Below are positions 25,878 through 53,206 of a stretch of DNA of 64,000 bases, one piece after another. The translations under genes and the position numbers were made by a program. The stretch is from Felis catus (Eukaryota). The notes beneath the pieces were generated by a model that was not told where the DNA came from, searched no databases, and saw nothing but the letters and a program-made list of their open reading frames with translations. The DNA lies in assembly GCF_018350175.1 (NCBI RefSeq), contig NC_058382.1:7254001-7318000 (forward strand), in the 5' to 3' direction. Within the stretch, counting starts at the first letter, position 1; every line of letters starts with the position of its first letter.

Positions 25878-28800
25878 TCTCTGCATACCTCCCATCTCTT
25901 CATCTATACTCCTGGAACAAGAAATTTACAGAAATAAGGACGTGATGAACTGTGGTCATTATTTGACCTTACCTTTCCTCAAAGACATATTACAACCTCA
26001 ACAATATGCCATGTGTGTAAACCAATCAAATTAACAAAGGCCTAACACACAAAAACCTCAGTATTGGTAAAGACCAGCACTCTTAACCAGCGGAACTGTA
26101 AATCATGCAATTTTTTATGGAAGGCAGTTTGGCAAGGTGAATTGAGACCCCTTAGTTACCACCGTTGACCCTGTGATTCTGGTTTAGAAAGATATTACTG
26201 AAAAAATAAACTAAAAATCCAACTGCGGAACAAGGTTTGAATTCATCACAACAGTATCCTGGCAAAACAGTGGAAACACTGAACATGTCCCAAATCAGTG
26301 GATTGTTTAGATCAATAATAGGCCCGTTTGGGACAAGGATGTTAGGAAGCTGTTAAGGATAATAACTTGGCAGCATTGCTAGTGTTATTCAAGAATGTTT
26401 GTGTTGTATGATGGAACATGAAAAAAGAGATACAAATATGTGTATGTGACTCTAGCCATGTGAAATGAAATAGTCACAGAATAAAATCCGAAAAGACATG
26501 TACTAACCTGCATTCAGTGGTAGTTACAGGGTGCCTCCTTCCTTCCATTTATTTTCTGTGGGTGTGCACTTTTGCAACATGCAAACAAAGGTGGAAAAGC
26601 TCTGAAAATCTAAGGCTGGGGGAGAGGGACCCTTAAGAGAGGGAGACACATCTGATTTTGAGCCCTCGCCCTGCTCCCTGCCTAGTGACCTGTTTCTGTC
26701 CATTTCCCAGATTTTAGTTTTCCTCATCTGTAAAATGGGGGAGACAGAGAGATAGAGAGCAAGAAAAGGTCAAGAGGGAAGAAGGAAGGGCAGAGGAAAA
26801 AGAGAATAAGCCTACCTCATTGGAGTGGAAAGGACGTGAAATTGTTCCTGAGTATTTCACAGGTGGCAAACCAGGAAAGAAGGAAGTTTTCGGGAAGGAT
26901 AGGGCTGGCGGGGGGATGGGACACCTGAGTCCCCCAAGAGCCCACCCAAAGTGAGCAGCCAGCATCCCAGGTGCCAGAGGAAGATGGGGGAGGGAATTTG
27001 GGTTGGCGATGTCCTATTCTCAAAGAAGGCAGGGGAGGGACCTCTGGAAGAGAGGAGGGAGGAGTCCCCTGTGACTCAGAGACTGGCCATGCCCCTGGCT
27101 TCATGCCATCCAAGGCTCTCTGGGCAATCACACCTCAGACGCTGCTGACAGAGGGATCCTTTCCAGCCCAAGGCTCACCCTCCTGCCTCCTTGCCAGTTT
27201 CTCCCCCAAAATTCCGAGACACTGTCCTCCAGATCCTTCCTCTCCCCATCTCATCTCCTTGGCAAGTCTCTCCTAGCCTCCAACTCCTCTACTCCTCCCC
27301 ATATTGCAGAAATCATAGGAGTCCAGACCCCTCCTCAGACCTAAGCATCCCTGCCTCCAGCACCTCTCCCCTCAGACCCAGGTGTCCCCTGGCCCCTCCT
27401 GCCTCTGTATCAGTGTCAAGTTTAAGTAAGGAATGTCAAGGGTTTCCAGCCACCATCCTCCATGAAGATCCATCAACTTCTCCTCTCCCAGGCAAGTCGC
27501 CCCAAATCAATATTCGATCTAAAGTTTAAAAAGTAATGAAACCTCGAAGTTGCACTAAACCAGCTTGGAGACACCTGGCCCTCCCTTTTGGCAGCTCCCA
27601 TATACAAGTGTGGGGGTGGGTTCGTTTGCAATGACTTGAGATAGTGCTCTTGTTGGATTGTTTAAAAAATTACTTCCTTTCTTTTTGGACAGACAGCTCA
27701 GCATAGTAGACAAAGGCACTGACTCCAGAACCAGGCTTCTTGGATTCCAGCCCCTACAAGCTATTTGCACATGACTTCCCCATTCGTCTTCCTTCATCCT
27801 TGAAGTGAGAGAAATAACACCTATTTCCCAGGTCTGTTATGAAGATTAAATAAACTTAATATTCAGAAAGTGCTAGAACAGTGCCTAACATGGAATAAGC
27901 CGTCAGTTGAAGCCGTATTGGCTCTTAATGTCTGTAATTTCTGGCACTTTTTTCCTTGCTTACACTCTCAAAGTTTTCTTGTAACACGTTTTCTTTATTG
28001 AAGACTTTTGCAGAGCACGTCAGTTTGGAGAAAAGCATCTTGTACATAAGCATGCGTGGCACGCAGAGAGGGCAGAATCCTAAAGGTCACTGGCAGATGC
28101 CTGCAGTTGGGGACTTCATTATCTCGCTTCTAGAGGCTCTTAGAGGTGGAGCTCCACACCGCCTATCACCTCCCTCCTTTCCCACGAGGCTCTCTCAACA
28201 ACTCCCCCTAGCCCTCCCATCCCTTATTCCGGTAAGGTACACCCGGTGGGAGCGCCAAAAGGTGGATCATGTCTACCGCCATGTTGGAAATTGAGTTCCA
28301 ATCCAAAAGGCCCCACCATTTCCTGGGTGTTGGATGTTGAGTAATTAACTTCCTTCTCTGAGCCTCAGTTTCTTCTTTGTCAAATGGGAGTGGGTGTAAT
28401 GAAGTCATTTAATCATTTGGTCAACATTTTCCAAGGCTTCTCTGGGCCAGGTCCTGTGAGGGCACTTGGGACACAGGGGTGACTTAGCCTCAGTGCCTGC
28501 CCTCAAGGAGCTCATGATCCAGTGGGGGAAGGGGGTGATGTGGATCCAGATGCTTACGGTCCAAGGTGACCTGGGGGAGGCACCTGCTGTGGGAACCTAG
28601 GTGAGAGAGTGACTAACCCAAGTGCAGGGAGTGGAAGTTGGAAGGTGTTCAGGGAAGGCTTCCTGAAGGAGGTGATATCTAAGCAAAGACTTGAAAGACA
28701 AGTTGTGTCCAGGGGAAGGTGAGAAGAGCATTTGGAGAGGGAGAATAGCATGGGTGAGGGCCCAGAGGTGAGAGAGCAATCTTCATGGCTGGAGCACGAG

Positions 28801-29047
28801 ACCCATGGGCAGAGCTGGGCTGTGCAATGTGGTGGTTTCTCACCACGGTGGCTCCTGACTTGTGAAATGTGGCAAGTTTTAAATGAGATGTGCTGTAAGG
28901 GAAAGACACATCAGATTCCAAACACCGCGCAAAAAATAAGAAGGCAAACTATCTTTAAACATGTTCTTATTTAGATTTCACATGGCAATATTGGATGTAT
29001 TGGGTTAAATAAAATATTAAAATGAACTTGTTTCTTTTTACTATTTA

Positions 29048-29491
29048 TTTTAAAATTTTTTTAATTTTTAATTTTCTAAAAATTTTTAATATTTATTTAT
29101 TTTTTGAGAGAGAGAGAGAGAGCCCAAACAGGAGAGGGGCAGAGTGAAAGGAGACACAGAATCTGAAGCAGGCTCCAGGCTCTGAGCTGTCAACACAGAG
29201 CTTGACGTGGGGCTTGAAATTACGAACCACATGATCATGACCTGAGCTGAAGCTGGACATTTCATTGAGCCACCCAGGCGCCCGTAATTATTTTTTTTTT
29301 TATTTTAGAGAGAGAAAGCAAGCAGGAGAGAGGGACAGAAGGGAGGGAAAGAGAGAGAGAGAGAACCTTAGGCAGACTCTATGTTCATCATGGAACCCAA
29401 TGCAGGGCTCGATCCCATGACTCTGGGATCATGACCTGAGCCAAAATCAAGAGTTGGATGCTCAACCGGCTGAGCCACACCTAGATGTCCC
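29048..29491 (-). mobile_element. Two nested/tandem Can-SINEs inside a MER33-like element
   Basis: Two reverse SINE bodies (~29048-29283, ~29286-29491) bracketed by one TSD ctttttactattta (29034, 29493). Confidence 0.88.
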
Positions 29492-30841
29492 TCTTTTTAC
29501 TATTTAAAAAAAGAAGTGTGGTTATTAGAAAATTTGAAAGTGCACGTATACTTGGCATTATATTTCTATTGACCAGTGCTGCCCTGGATGCTGAAGGGTC
29601 TCCCAACACCTGGCTGAGGGGCTGGGACTTTGTCCCAGGGATGATGGGGCAGCCAGAGCAGGGCTATGAGCAGGAGAGGGGCAGGGTCAGCTCTGGGCGC
29701 AGGAAGACCCCTCTGGGGTCAAGGGAAGGATACAGAGAAGGGGGAAGAGCCCAGGGTGGTGCTCCAGGTGGGCGAGAAGCAGGTCTGAGCTGGGATCAGG
29801 GACATGGGGATAGAGAGGAGGGAGCCAACAGAGAGAGAAGGTGCTGGGCCGGACTGTGAGAGATCCAGCCGGCTGTCAGGGAGGATGGCAGGTTCTGAGA
29901 AGATGCTGAGTTCAGTGGGAACGTGGGGGTGAGGGGCCTGGAGGAGGTTAGGAGCATGGGAGCAGTCTGAGAGCACTTTGAATGCCAAATGTTGACTTTC
30001 ACCCCCCAGTGCCAGGCCCAAGCTGGTGCCGAGGTGGACATTACTGATACCAGTTGTCCTCATGTCCAGTGATCGGCCCACAAGTCCTCATTTTCCTTCT
30101 CATGCTCTGTGCTCATCACATCCGTTTTTATTTCCCTCCCCGAGGCCACGCTCCTGCTCGTCAGCCCACATCCACCACAAGCCAGGCCTCTACGCCCTGC
30201 TTCTCCTGACCCCAGGCCCGACTTTCAAGGCCCAGCTTCAAAGGCACCTCCTCAAATCCCCCTGGATCCCTCCATAGCACCCGAGGCCCCCATTTCGCAC
30301 TCCCACATCCCTCTCGCGTTTTCTTTCATCCTTTCTTATTTCCCAGCCTCTCCCTACATGTTGAATCTCATCGTAAACCCTCCCGTCTCCCTCAACTAAC
30401 CCACATCTGGGCAAGGGCACAGGCTTCTCATGGAAATGCAGGGGAAGCCAGGCGAGGATAAGCAGACAGAGATGTGGAGAGTGTCAACAGAGACTCAGAG
30501 AATAGGGAGAGAGACAGACAGAGATCCAGAGAAAAAGATGGGGAAAGAGGCAGAGGAAACACAGGAAAACAGAGAGAAAGAGAGAGATGGATGTGGAGAC
30601 ACCCTCACCGTGGCCTGAGGGGACAGAGGTGGACAGTGAGACCTCAGAGGTGGGCAGACTTAAAGCAGGGGGACCAGGAGGGTCAGAGGTCCTCATATCC
30701 GGGCAGAGGTGGGTGGACAATCAAAGGACAGCAACAGGACTGTCAGACAGGGACAAAGGGAAGCTATTGACACAGCCGCCCGCCTGCCCGGAAGAGAGGT
30801 TGAGAAACGGAGCTTCTGGGAGCATGGCACTGGGTGTTGGG

Positions 30842-31011
30842 GGCGGACAAAGCCCGATTGTTCGAGGCCCCTTTCCCCACAGCGCCAGGGCCTGCGCCCC
30901 AGCCCAGGGCAGAGGCGGATGCCAGCTTGGTGACACATGCTTTCTCACTGGCTTGCTGATTACGGTGGGGACACGGAGGTCGTCAGCACCCACAGAGGGA
31001 CTTACGGGCAG
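30842..31011 (+). other. KLK6: KLK6 non-coding exon 1 (5' UTR; start approximate)
   Basis: ggcggacaaagcccgattgtt...cacagagggacttacgggcag|gtgcgt resembles the recalled human KLK6 5' UTR; CpG-enriched. Confidence 0.6.
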
Positions 31012-31274
31012 GTGCGTGAATCACCCCAACCCCACTGACCCACACGGCCTGGTTTTCAGCACCTGAGGGCAGCAGGCCCAGAGGTGGTGGGATCCCTGCA
31101 GGCTGGGGGGGCACTGTTTGCTCCCCTGGGCATCGGTATTTGGGTCCTCAGACATCTTCTTGCTTAAGGACCTAGAAGTCTAGGGACTGAGGAGGACAAG
31201 TTCCCATCTTTCCTCCTTTAGGCTCAAAAGTGTGCATGCCTAGGCCCTTCTCCTGAAGGTCTAGAATTCTAGGG

Positions 31275-31390
31275 CCCCCTCCCCTCCTCCCTCAGAACCT
31301 AGAGTCTGACCCCCAGCCTCTCCTCCTTCAGACCCAGGAGTCCAGACCCCCAGCCCTTCCTCCCTCAGACCCAGAAGTCCAGGCCACCAG
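31275..31390 (+). repeat. MSR1-like array, 3 units, KLK6 5' intron
   Basis: ccctcagaacctagagtctgacccccagcctctcct / ccttcagacccaggagtccagacccccagcccttcct / ccctcagacccagaagtccagg. Confidence 0.8.
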
Positions 31391-31800
31391 CGCACTCAGG
31401 GGCTGGTGTTCCCTTCCATGGAAGCCCAGTCAGGGGTCATCGGGAGCAGGGCCATGGGGCCGTGGGGATGGAAGGAATGTGTGTGGGAGGTCTGGGTGAG
31501 GAGGAAAGGGTGGGGCGGCCTCCTGCCTCAGGGACCTGGGGAGACAGGGGTTAAAAGGAAGCACCAGGAGTGTCTGGGGACAGGAACAGCCTCTTCCAGG
31601 GAGGCCAGGAAGCCCGGGTGTCTGTCTGGCCTGGGCCCCACAGCCCATACATCCTCTGCTGTCTGTCTCACTGGCTCTGGCTCCTAGGCACCCTCTCTGC
31701 TTTCAGTGTCCCGTCTCTCCCCATAACACCCTGCATTTCTGACTCTCTCTGCCTCTTTGTCTATCTGCCTGCGCACGTGCTGTCCCTGCCCCAACCCAAG

Positions 31801-31851
31801 AACCCCTCGGCCAGGAGTCCTCTGGACCCCCAGGTAGCCGGCCCCCAGCAG
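31801..31851 (+). other. KLK6: KLK6 non-coding exon 2 (5' boundary uncertain)
   Basis: Strong donor cag|gtaaga at 31851/31852; long upstream pyrimidine tract whose first AG is at 31799-31800. Confidence 0.5.
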
Positions 31852-32282
31852 GTAAGATCACACTGCACCCCAGAGCCTCCAGGTGTGGGGTGAGTGACAG
31901 GGTAAGCACAGAGCCAAGGTGCAGAAGAAAAACCCCATGGGGAGGGAAGAAGTTCAGAGCCCCTCCTGGGCCATGCCCTTCTGTGGGCAGGCAGCCACAC
32001 TGAAGCCCAGAGGAGTAAGAGACTAAATGAGAATCACACTGTGAGCCGCTGACCGCCCCAGCGGTTCCGGCTTCTCGCTCAGCCCGCCCTCGTGGGACCC
32101 CAGGATGGAAGTCATGGTTAGAGTGACAAGAAATCAGGAGGCTAGGTGAAGGACAGATGTCAAGGGTCAGAAGAACATGCAGGTTGGAGTGGAGGGGGGG
32201 TGGCGGAGGATGGGAGGAAGGGCCTGGGGCGGGGGTTGGTCTGAGGCAGAGACTGAGGAGCATTTGGCTTCCTTCCTCAGGA

Positions 32283-38823
<6,541 letters not shown>

Positions 38824-38937
38824 CCCTGACGTGTGACATCCAACTCTTTACCTGTGACCCCCACCTGCTGGCTCCAGAATATCTCTGACCAAGACTTTAC
38901 CTTCCCCCCACCTGCCTAGATCCAACCCTTAATGCTT

Positions 38938-39342
38938 AATAAAAGCAGCGACGTGACAGCACAAATTCACCTCGATTTTACCCCAGCCCCATCCTCGCAT
39001 CACTGGGGGCAAGTGGGGATATGAGCTAAGGTCTTACCCCCACCACTAAGAGAATACAGGAAAACTCCTTCCAAGCATCTCTTCTTCCCTGGTTGTCTCA
39101 TGGGCTCTACTCCTTCCTGCAGAGGGGTGGTCACAAGTCTGGCAAATTTCTGCTCCTTGCTAGTCGTCTGCCCTTAGGAAGTGACTTCCTTCACTGTGTA
39201 GATTTTCTCATCTGTAACATAAGGATAATGACAGGACATTCCTCATCAGGTGGCAGCTGTCATTGGGAAGATTCAAGATTCCAAACGTGTGGAACACAGA
39301 CAAGAGGCCCTGACACCCTAACACACCTGCTTGAACAATAAA
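38938..39342 (+). terminator. KLK6 candidate polyadenylation signals (AATAAA at 38938 and 39337)
   Basis: Two AATAAA hexamers downstream of the stop; the second is followed by a U-rich tract. Confidence 0.55.
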
Positions 39343-40974
39343 GAGTGGATTTTATTATTATTATTGTGATTTTTTTTTTTGCTTTTATTCCATGTCTGCC
39401 TCTCTGAAACCCGGATATTCTTAGTTACCTTTTACAGCCCAGTTTGGTTTTTCCTCCCCTCTAAGAAGACATCTGTGAGTACTCCGCCTGGTTCTAGCCT
39501 TCATGGTGGCTCTCTCCCCTCCACTCCTTTTGTAGCAGTGAAAGCAGGGAGGTGAGAAGGCTGGGAGGTCACTGTGTGTAGATGGGAGAGCAGAGCAGGA
39601 GCCAGATCCCACAAGACCGCGGACCCTAGGTTGAGAGGATAGGACTTTCTCCTGAGGGCAGTGGGGAGCCATGGGAGGCTTGTGAGCAGGAGCAGCACTG
39701 TGGCTTTGTACAGGATGGACCAGAGAGGGGAGACTGGAGGCCAGGGAGGAGATTGAAATGACAGTGCAGGGAGAGAGGAGGGCTGAGTGGCGGCTGGGTG
39801 GTCTGGGGAAGGAGGCTGAATATGGGGTCACTGTATGGAAAGGGTTGGGTGGATGACATTCTCATAGAGGAGAGAACCTGTAGAAAGTCCTGAGGGTGTG
39901 AGAACATCAGGTGTGCCCCAGATGGCACACCACTCAGGTGATGGCAAATCACTCAGGATGAGGGAGCCAGGGTTTGAGGAAGGAGGAGTGGCTGAAAGTG
40001 TGGGTCAGTAGAAGGCAGTGTTGGCCTTGAGTGCCAGGAAGAAGCACTTGGCCTTGATCCCGAGGGCCTTGAGAAAAGGACAGGGTCAGATCTGTGTACC
40101 AGAAAGATCTTGCTGTGGTCCATTTGAAGGGAGAGCAATGGGCAGAGGGGAGGAGAGACTGTAGGTCCCCCTAAGAAATGAAGGGAACAGACACCAGGCT
40201 TCTTCATGCTTTTTGGGCTTCTCCCACCAACATGCACCATACGTGATCCCTAACCAATGTACACACCTCTACCCCCAAGTCCCAGGCCTGTCCCTGTCCT
40301 CAGAGAAGGCTTCTTTTCTTGCAACCCTTATGCATCATCTCTGAGGAAGGCAAAACAGCCTCTAAGCCAGGTGTCCTTCCAGGGAGGTGAGTGGGATGGG
40401 TAGGGGCTCCCAGAGAGAGAGGGAAAAGAGGGCTCTACACGGGGGCTGGATTTAAGAGCAGAGAAATATTTAGGAACAGAGGGAGAATCAGAGACAGCAA
40501 TTCATCTGTTTCAATATTTACTGCAACTTTATTTTTGCCCAGCACAGCATAGAACAAAATTGGAAGTTGTTAAACAGAGCAATCGCGTCATAGGAGATGT
40601 TCAAAGTCAGTCGTGTGTTATTCTACAAGGGGAGAGTCATGTGGTCCAAAGACAGAGGGAGTCTTAAAAGAACACAGACCCTCAATTGCAATGGTCTTCA
40701 GATTTAGAGAAAAAGCATACTTGCATGTCTTAAAAATCTAAGCAAGGTGAAAGTTGATCAAGCCACATGATGGCAGGGAGTGGCTGATTTTTATGTGTAC
40801 ATGGAAATATTGTCACGTGAATGGCCTGGGCCCGCCTTGACCAATCCCTTCTGAAGGTTATGAATGACAAATAGGGCCATGAAAGGCGCCAGAGTCACCA
40901 GGAGGAGCCAGTCAGTGGATGTCCAGAAGAACTAAATCAACTTCAGTTAATTGAGAGAGAATTGTCTTCCTTTT

Positions 40975-41159
40975 TCAAAGATACTGATTTATTCTGAGAC
41001 AGAGAGCGCAAGCAGGGGAGGGGCAGAGAGGGAGGAAGAAATGTCAAGCAGGCTCCACACTCAGTGCAAAGCCTGACGCGGGGTCAATCTTGCAAACCGT
41101 GAGAAATCCGCTGAAATCAAGAGCTGGACGCTTAACTGACTGAGCCACCCAGGCATCCC
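40975..41159 (-). mobile_element. Can-SINE
   Basis: Reverse head gagccacccaggcatccc; flanked by agaattgtcttc / agaattatcttc. Confidence 0.85.
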
Positions 41160-42731
41160 AAGAATTATCTTCTTTAATGGATACGACTAATAATAAACAC
41201 TTACTTAGCACATGCCAGGCACTGGTCTACGGACTTTATATATTAACTCACTTAATTTCCATAGCAAGCCTATGTGCTAAGTTGGAGTCATACCAAATTT
41301 ACATCCAGTGTTGGGAGACTGGAAAGACTATAACGTCGATCCTATGCACAAGTGTGATGTACACAGGTGTGTAAATTCACTTAAATGCATGTCTAAAATT
41401 TGAAGGGCCTCCGGAAGAGATTGAATGTGTTGGTTTTAGAAATGTAGTTTAAAATGTTTGAAGATACTTGATTGGCTTAGTTTGTAAATGAGACCAAACA
41501 TTATTGTAAAGAACCACCTAGAATAAAAAAAAAAGACAGATCTAGAATTGAAAGGGCTGTAAGCCAGCATTGAAAGATTAAGAAAAGAAGTGACTGGGCC
41601 GCTGGAATTGTCACTTTAATATATGCAATATAAATTATAATCAAGATAAACCTCAGAATAGTTTCTTTTCTCCCTACACACGGAAAGCAACCTCAAGGTC
41701 TCTAAAACCCCTGGTTCAACAGGTGCAGGCTTACAGACGTGAGCAGTGCAGTTCGGTTTTACCCTCAAGGAATGTGAGTTCCAAAGGGATCATCTCCCGG
41801 GGTCCTTGTCTGGTTTTGTTCACCTCAGTCTGGTACCCCGTAAGGCGCTGTTGAGTGAGTAAGGGGCTCTTACATCCCAGTGCGTCAGACTTGGAGACAC
41901 TGTTAGAGACAGATGCAGAGAGCTGGGGCCAGACAGAAATAAGAGACCAAATGGAGAAAAGATCAGGCCCAGATGACCCAGGACTGGTGATAGAGAAGCC
42001 ACTTTTTGGGCTCCCCACCCAGTGCCCCATTTCTGACAGGGCCAGGAGCCACCCACCCTTTATTCTGGCCTCTTTCCCCATCAACAGGTGGCCCTGCCCA
42101 ACCCTCTCACCCACGCCTGGCTGTGCCAGCCCAGTCAAAGCCTCTGCGGGGGGCGGGGGGCGGGGGGGGCGCCCTCCCCCCCCTACCAGACTGGATTCCT
42201 GCCCCTTTCTGCCCTGTGGCTCCCGCCTCAGGGTGAGGGACAGGAGGAGGGGTGAGGGATCCCTTAGCAAAGTGGCTTCCAAAATACAAGGCGAGGGAGG
42301 CTGAGGGACAGAAAGACACAGAGATACAGATACTCAGAGCCAGTGAGAGACAGACAGAGACAGAGGGACAGAAGGATGTAGACGCAGAGACAGAAACAGG
42401 GCGATCAAGAAGGATAGAATCACAGAGGAAAGAGAGGTATTAGAGAAGGAAGGATACAAAGAGAGACCCTGAGGTATAGAGAGACGGAGACTGAGAATCA
42501 CAGGGACGTAAAGGGATAGGAGGAAACTCAGGGGGGTGATGGGTTTGCTCACTGTCTGGGGTGATGGTTGGGTGTATGTATGTCAAAACTCATCTAATCG
42601 TACTCATCAAATCGTACACGTTAAATATACGCAGTTTATTGTACTCCGATTATACCTCAAAGCTGTAAAAAAAAAAAAAAAAAAAAAAAAAAAGCAAAAG
42701 AGAAGTAAAGGAAAATAAGATGAGAAGTCTA

Positions 42732-42922
42732 GGGGCGCCCAGACGGCTCAGTCCGTGAAGCATCTGACTCTTGATTTCGGCTCAGGTCACCATCTCACAG
42801 TCCTGAGACTGAGCCCTGAGTCTGGCTCCAAGCTGAGTGTGGAGCCTGTTTGGGATTTTCTCTCTCTCTGCCCCTCCCCCTCTTTCTCTCTCTCTCCGCT
42901 CCCCCCCCCAAAATAAATAAAT
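42732..42922 (+). mobile_element. Can-SINE
   Basis: ggggcgcccagacggctcag head, (CT)n, aaataaataaa. Confidence 0.85.
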
Positions 42923-43564
42923 ATCAGAACCATTCAAAAGAGAGAGAACCTCAGAGGCGGATAAAGTGCAAGGGTTAGAGACACAGAAAAAGGCGGGGGG
43001 GGGGGCGCTGAGAGACAGACGCGGAGGCACAGAGAGAGACGGGAATCCTAAGGTGGGGGGGGATGTGACGTGGCCGCGGGGGGCGGGATGTGTGATGGGG
43101 AGAGACACCCAAAAACAGATAGTTGGTGGACGCTTTATATTGAGAGATTCTCAGAAAGATTTAGAGGGACGCAAAAACAGAGAAAGAAGGCTGTAAGAGT
43201 TTGGAAAAAAAACAAAAACAAAAAAACAGAGACGCGGGTGGGAAGGCTATAAGGCGGGGACAGAGAGAAGCGGAAGGAGTATAAGGCATGGAAAATAAAG
43301 AAAAATCCTGGCGCCAAGAAGAGCGCCCAGAGCAGGTCAGAAGCACGAATGCGAGGCTGGGGCGCAGGGGCTGCAGGTCGAGGTGGCCCAGCCCCGCGGA
43401 GACCCCTCCCCATCCCCCGGGCCAGGGAATTAGGGAGTGGCCTTTGGGACTGGGTGGGGGGGGTGCTCTGGAGGTGGAGGTGGGGGGCAGGCAGGAGGAG
43501 TGATTGCTGAGGCTTGACGGGGCGCCTCACTACCTGGGAATGCGCCCCGGGGATCAGTGGGTGG

Positions 43565-43691
43565 TTATAACCCAGGCCGGGTGCCCGGAGCCCAGGAGGA
43601 GGCGCGGAAGGACAGCGCAGGCCTGAGAAGTCTGTGGCTGAGCTGGGAGCCGGTTCCCCACCCCCTACCAGGGGGGACGCTCGCTTGGCAG
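43565..43691 (+). promoter_or_regulatory. KLK5: KLK5 TATA box (TTATAA 43565-43570) and non-coding exon ending at donor cag|gtgagg (43691)
   Basis: CpG/G-rich promoter region; acceptor at 43952 just before the ATG. Confidence 0.65.
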
Positions 43692-43964
43692 GTGAGGCCT
43701 GGGGAAGACCACTGGGAGGGAGAGGTGTCTGCCTCTGGCTCTGGGCTTGGATGCACCCCCACTCTCTCTATCCTCCCTCCTTGCCCAACTGGAGAGGGCT
43801 GGATGTCTGCCCTCTGAAGTCTGTAGCTCTTGGGGGATTGGAAGGCAATGTCCAATGTCTCTGCCCTGGGAAATGGGACAGGGAAGGAAGGGAGGTGAGG
43901 TAAGGGCTCCCAGAATCACCTGGGCCACCCTGCCCTCTGTCCTTCCCACCAGGTCCAAGTGGCC

Positions 43965-50975
<7,011 letters not shown>

Positions 50976-51289
50976 GGCATCCCAGGACTGGGCATTCTGG
51001 TGTGCCCCATCCTCTGCGGTCCTCACTCTTGCAGGGACCATGACACTCCCTCCAGACCCCTGTTCCCTAACAGGGATTAGCAATCTCAATCTCTCCAGCC
51101 CCTCCAAGTCTCCTGGAATCAGGGTCCCCCTTCCCCAACAGTGGGCTGATGCTGTCTCTCCATTCAGGTCCTAGAGACAGTTCCCAGAATGACCAATGTG
51201 AGGGCTGCACCTCAGTCTCCCCGGTGCTTCCTTCCTCAGACCCAGAGGCTGTCCCTGCTCTGCAGCTGTGACCCAAATCTGGTCCCAGA

Positions 51290-51295
51290 AATAAA
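51290..51295 (+). terminator. KLK5 polyadenylation signal
   Basis: AATAAA ~315 nt after the stop, with GU-rich sequence downstream. Confidence 0.75.
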
Positions 51296-52159
51296 GCATC
51301 TGAGGAGAAGTGGACTCTTGTGTGGTGTCCCGCACTCACTGAATGACCGGGCAGCCAGGAGCAAGTCACTTCTCCCGTCCACGCCGCTGTGTTTGCTCTA
51401 TTGGGTTATTTCAGTTGCAAGAAGCAGAGATCTGCTCAAGCCGCTCTGCCTTTTCTTCACAAATGCTGTTTGAGTGGGTATTTTGTGCCAGGAAGCTTCC
51501 AGATGCTGAGATTCCACAACAGGCAAAACAGAGAGCAACTTCCTGCCTCACGGAGCTCCCATTTTCACAGGGGAAGACAGACAGTAAAGAGATAGACAAA
51601 TAAATTATGTACTATAATAAGCATGTAAGTGATATGAATAGAATGAGCACAGAGTACAGGGAAAGAGGAGTGTTAGGAGGGTCCTTATAAGAAGGAGTTG
51701 TCGGGGGGGGGGGCAGTCAGAGTGAGAGATTAGAAGATGCTACAAGATGGTTCTGAAGATGAGGGAAAGGGAGAGGAGGCTAAGAATGTAGGTGACAGTC
51801 CAACTGCTCTCTGTAAGCAAGCACACGATGGGTGCCATGGTGCAAAATACGGACAAATAATACTGACATAATTGCAGGTGACAGAGATAACTCAAAGTTG
51901 GAATGTTAGGGGGGAAAATGTAGAACAGAGCAGAATGCTAGCTGAGGGGCAATCTTGAGTATATTTTCCAAAATGATGCTGTTGGTCGATCTGCTCTTGG
52001 CAACAGGAAAAAATTCTAAGTGTCTTGAATAGTTAGGTTTTAACTTTGCGTACCAAGAAATCCAGGTAAGGGCTGTCAGGGCTCCAGTTCCACTTCTCTC
52101 TGCTTCTCTTGGCTCTCCTTGGTGTGTGGTTCCTCAAGATCAATGACAGCAGCGAGTGT

Positions 52160-52369
52160 CTTTTATTTTTTTTAACGATTATTTTTGAAAGAGAGACAGA
52201 GCATGAGCAGGGGAGGGGCAGAGAGAGAAAGGGAGACACAGAATCTGAAGCAAGCTCCAGGCTCTGAGCTGTCAACACAGAGCCCGACACGGGACTTGAA
52301 CTCACGGAGTGTGAGATCATGACCTGAGCTGAAGTCAGGCACTTAACCAGATGAGCCACCACGGGCCCC
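52160..52369 (-). mobile_element. Can-SINE within a MaLR-like LTR
   Basis: Reverse SINE motifs. Confidence 0.88.
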
Positions 52370-53206
52370 CAGAGAGTATCTTTCAGAGAAGGGTAACACT
52401 TCCCCAGAAACTGCCCCAGCAGAATTCCCTTCATTCTTATTGGTCAAAATTGGGTCACATGCCCTTTCCTAAACCAATCGCAGGCTAGAGGAAATGGATT
52501 AACATGGTTGATTTGCACCAATCAGGATTCATTTTCCGAGACTGAGCCCAGAATGTCCCCTGAGTAGTGGAGGCTTGAGGAAAGGAGCTGCTCCCTGAAT
52601 AAAATGAAGATTCTCCTATCAAAGAAGAAGAGAAACATGGATGGTAGGTAAACAGCCAAGCGTGTCTCTTATAGGCGTCCTTTTAGCAATATTTTAAAAT
52701 TAACTTTTCATTGAAGGATAATGTACAAACAGAAGTGTGCCCTTTTCATGGGTATTATAAACTCGATGAATTTTCACAAAACAGAAGACATCCTTGTAAC
52801 CAGCACCAAGATGGAGAAGCGAGATACAAACAGCTCCCCCAGAAGATCTAGGGGCCCCCTTGCAGTCACTACCCTTTGCCAAGTGCAGTGACCTCCTGAC
52901 TTTTATCACCATCCATTGGTTTTGCCCACTTGTAAACTTTGTATGAATAAATATAAATGTATTTTTATAGATTTATGGAAATATAATAGATGCATATAAA
53001 TAAAATCACACAGTGCATTGTCTTGTGTTTGGCTTGTTTTGCTCAGTCTTATATTTGTGTGTGGTTCACCCAGATTTTTGTCTATAGTTGTGGATGTCTC
53101 TTGATTATGGCACTGTTTACTTTTGTGTAAATGTACTCCAATTTATTTACCCTTTTTACTATAAATGGACGTCGGGTAGTTTCTAGTTTTTTCAACGGTT
53201 TAACAG

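Noticed and set aside
41300-41720. Possible hAT transposase C-terminal remnant
   Set aside because: Only a vague resemblance (ASIERLRKE...); cannot be supported without an HMM search.
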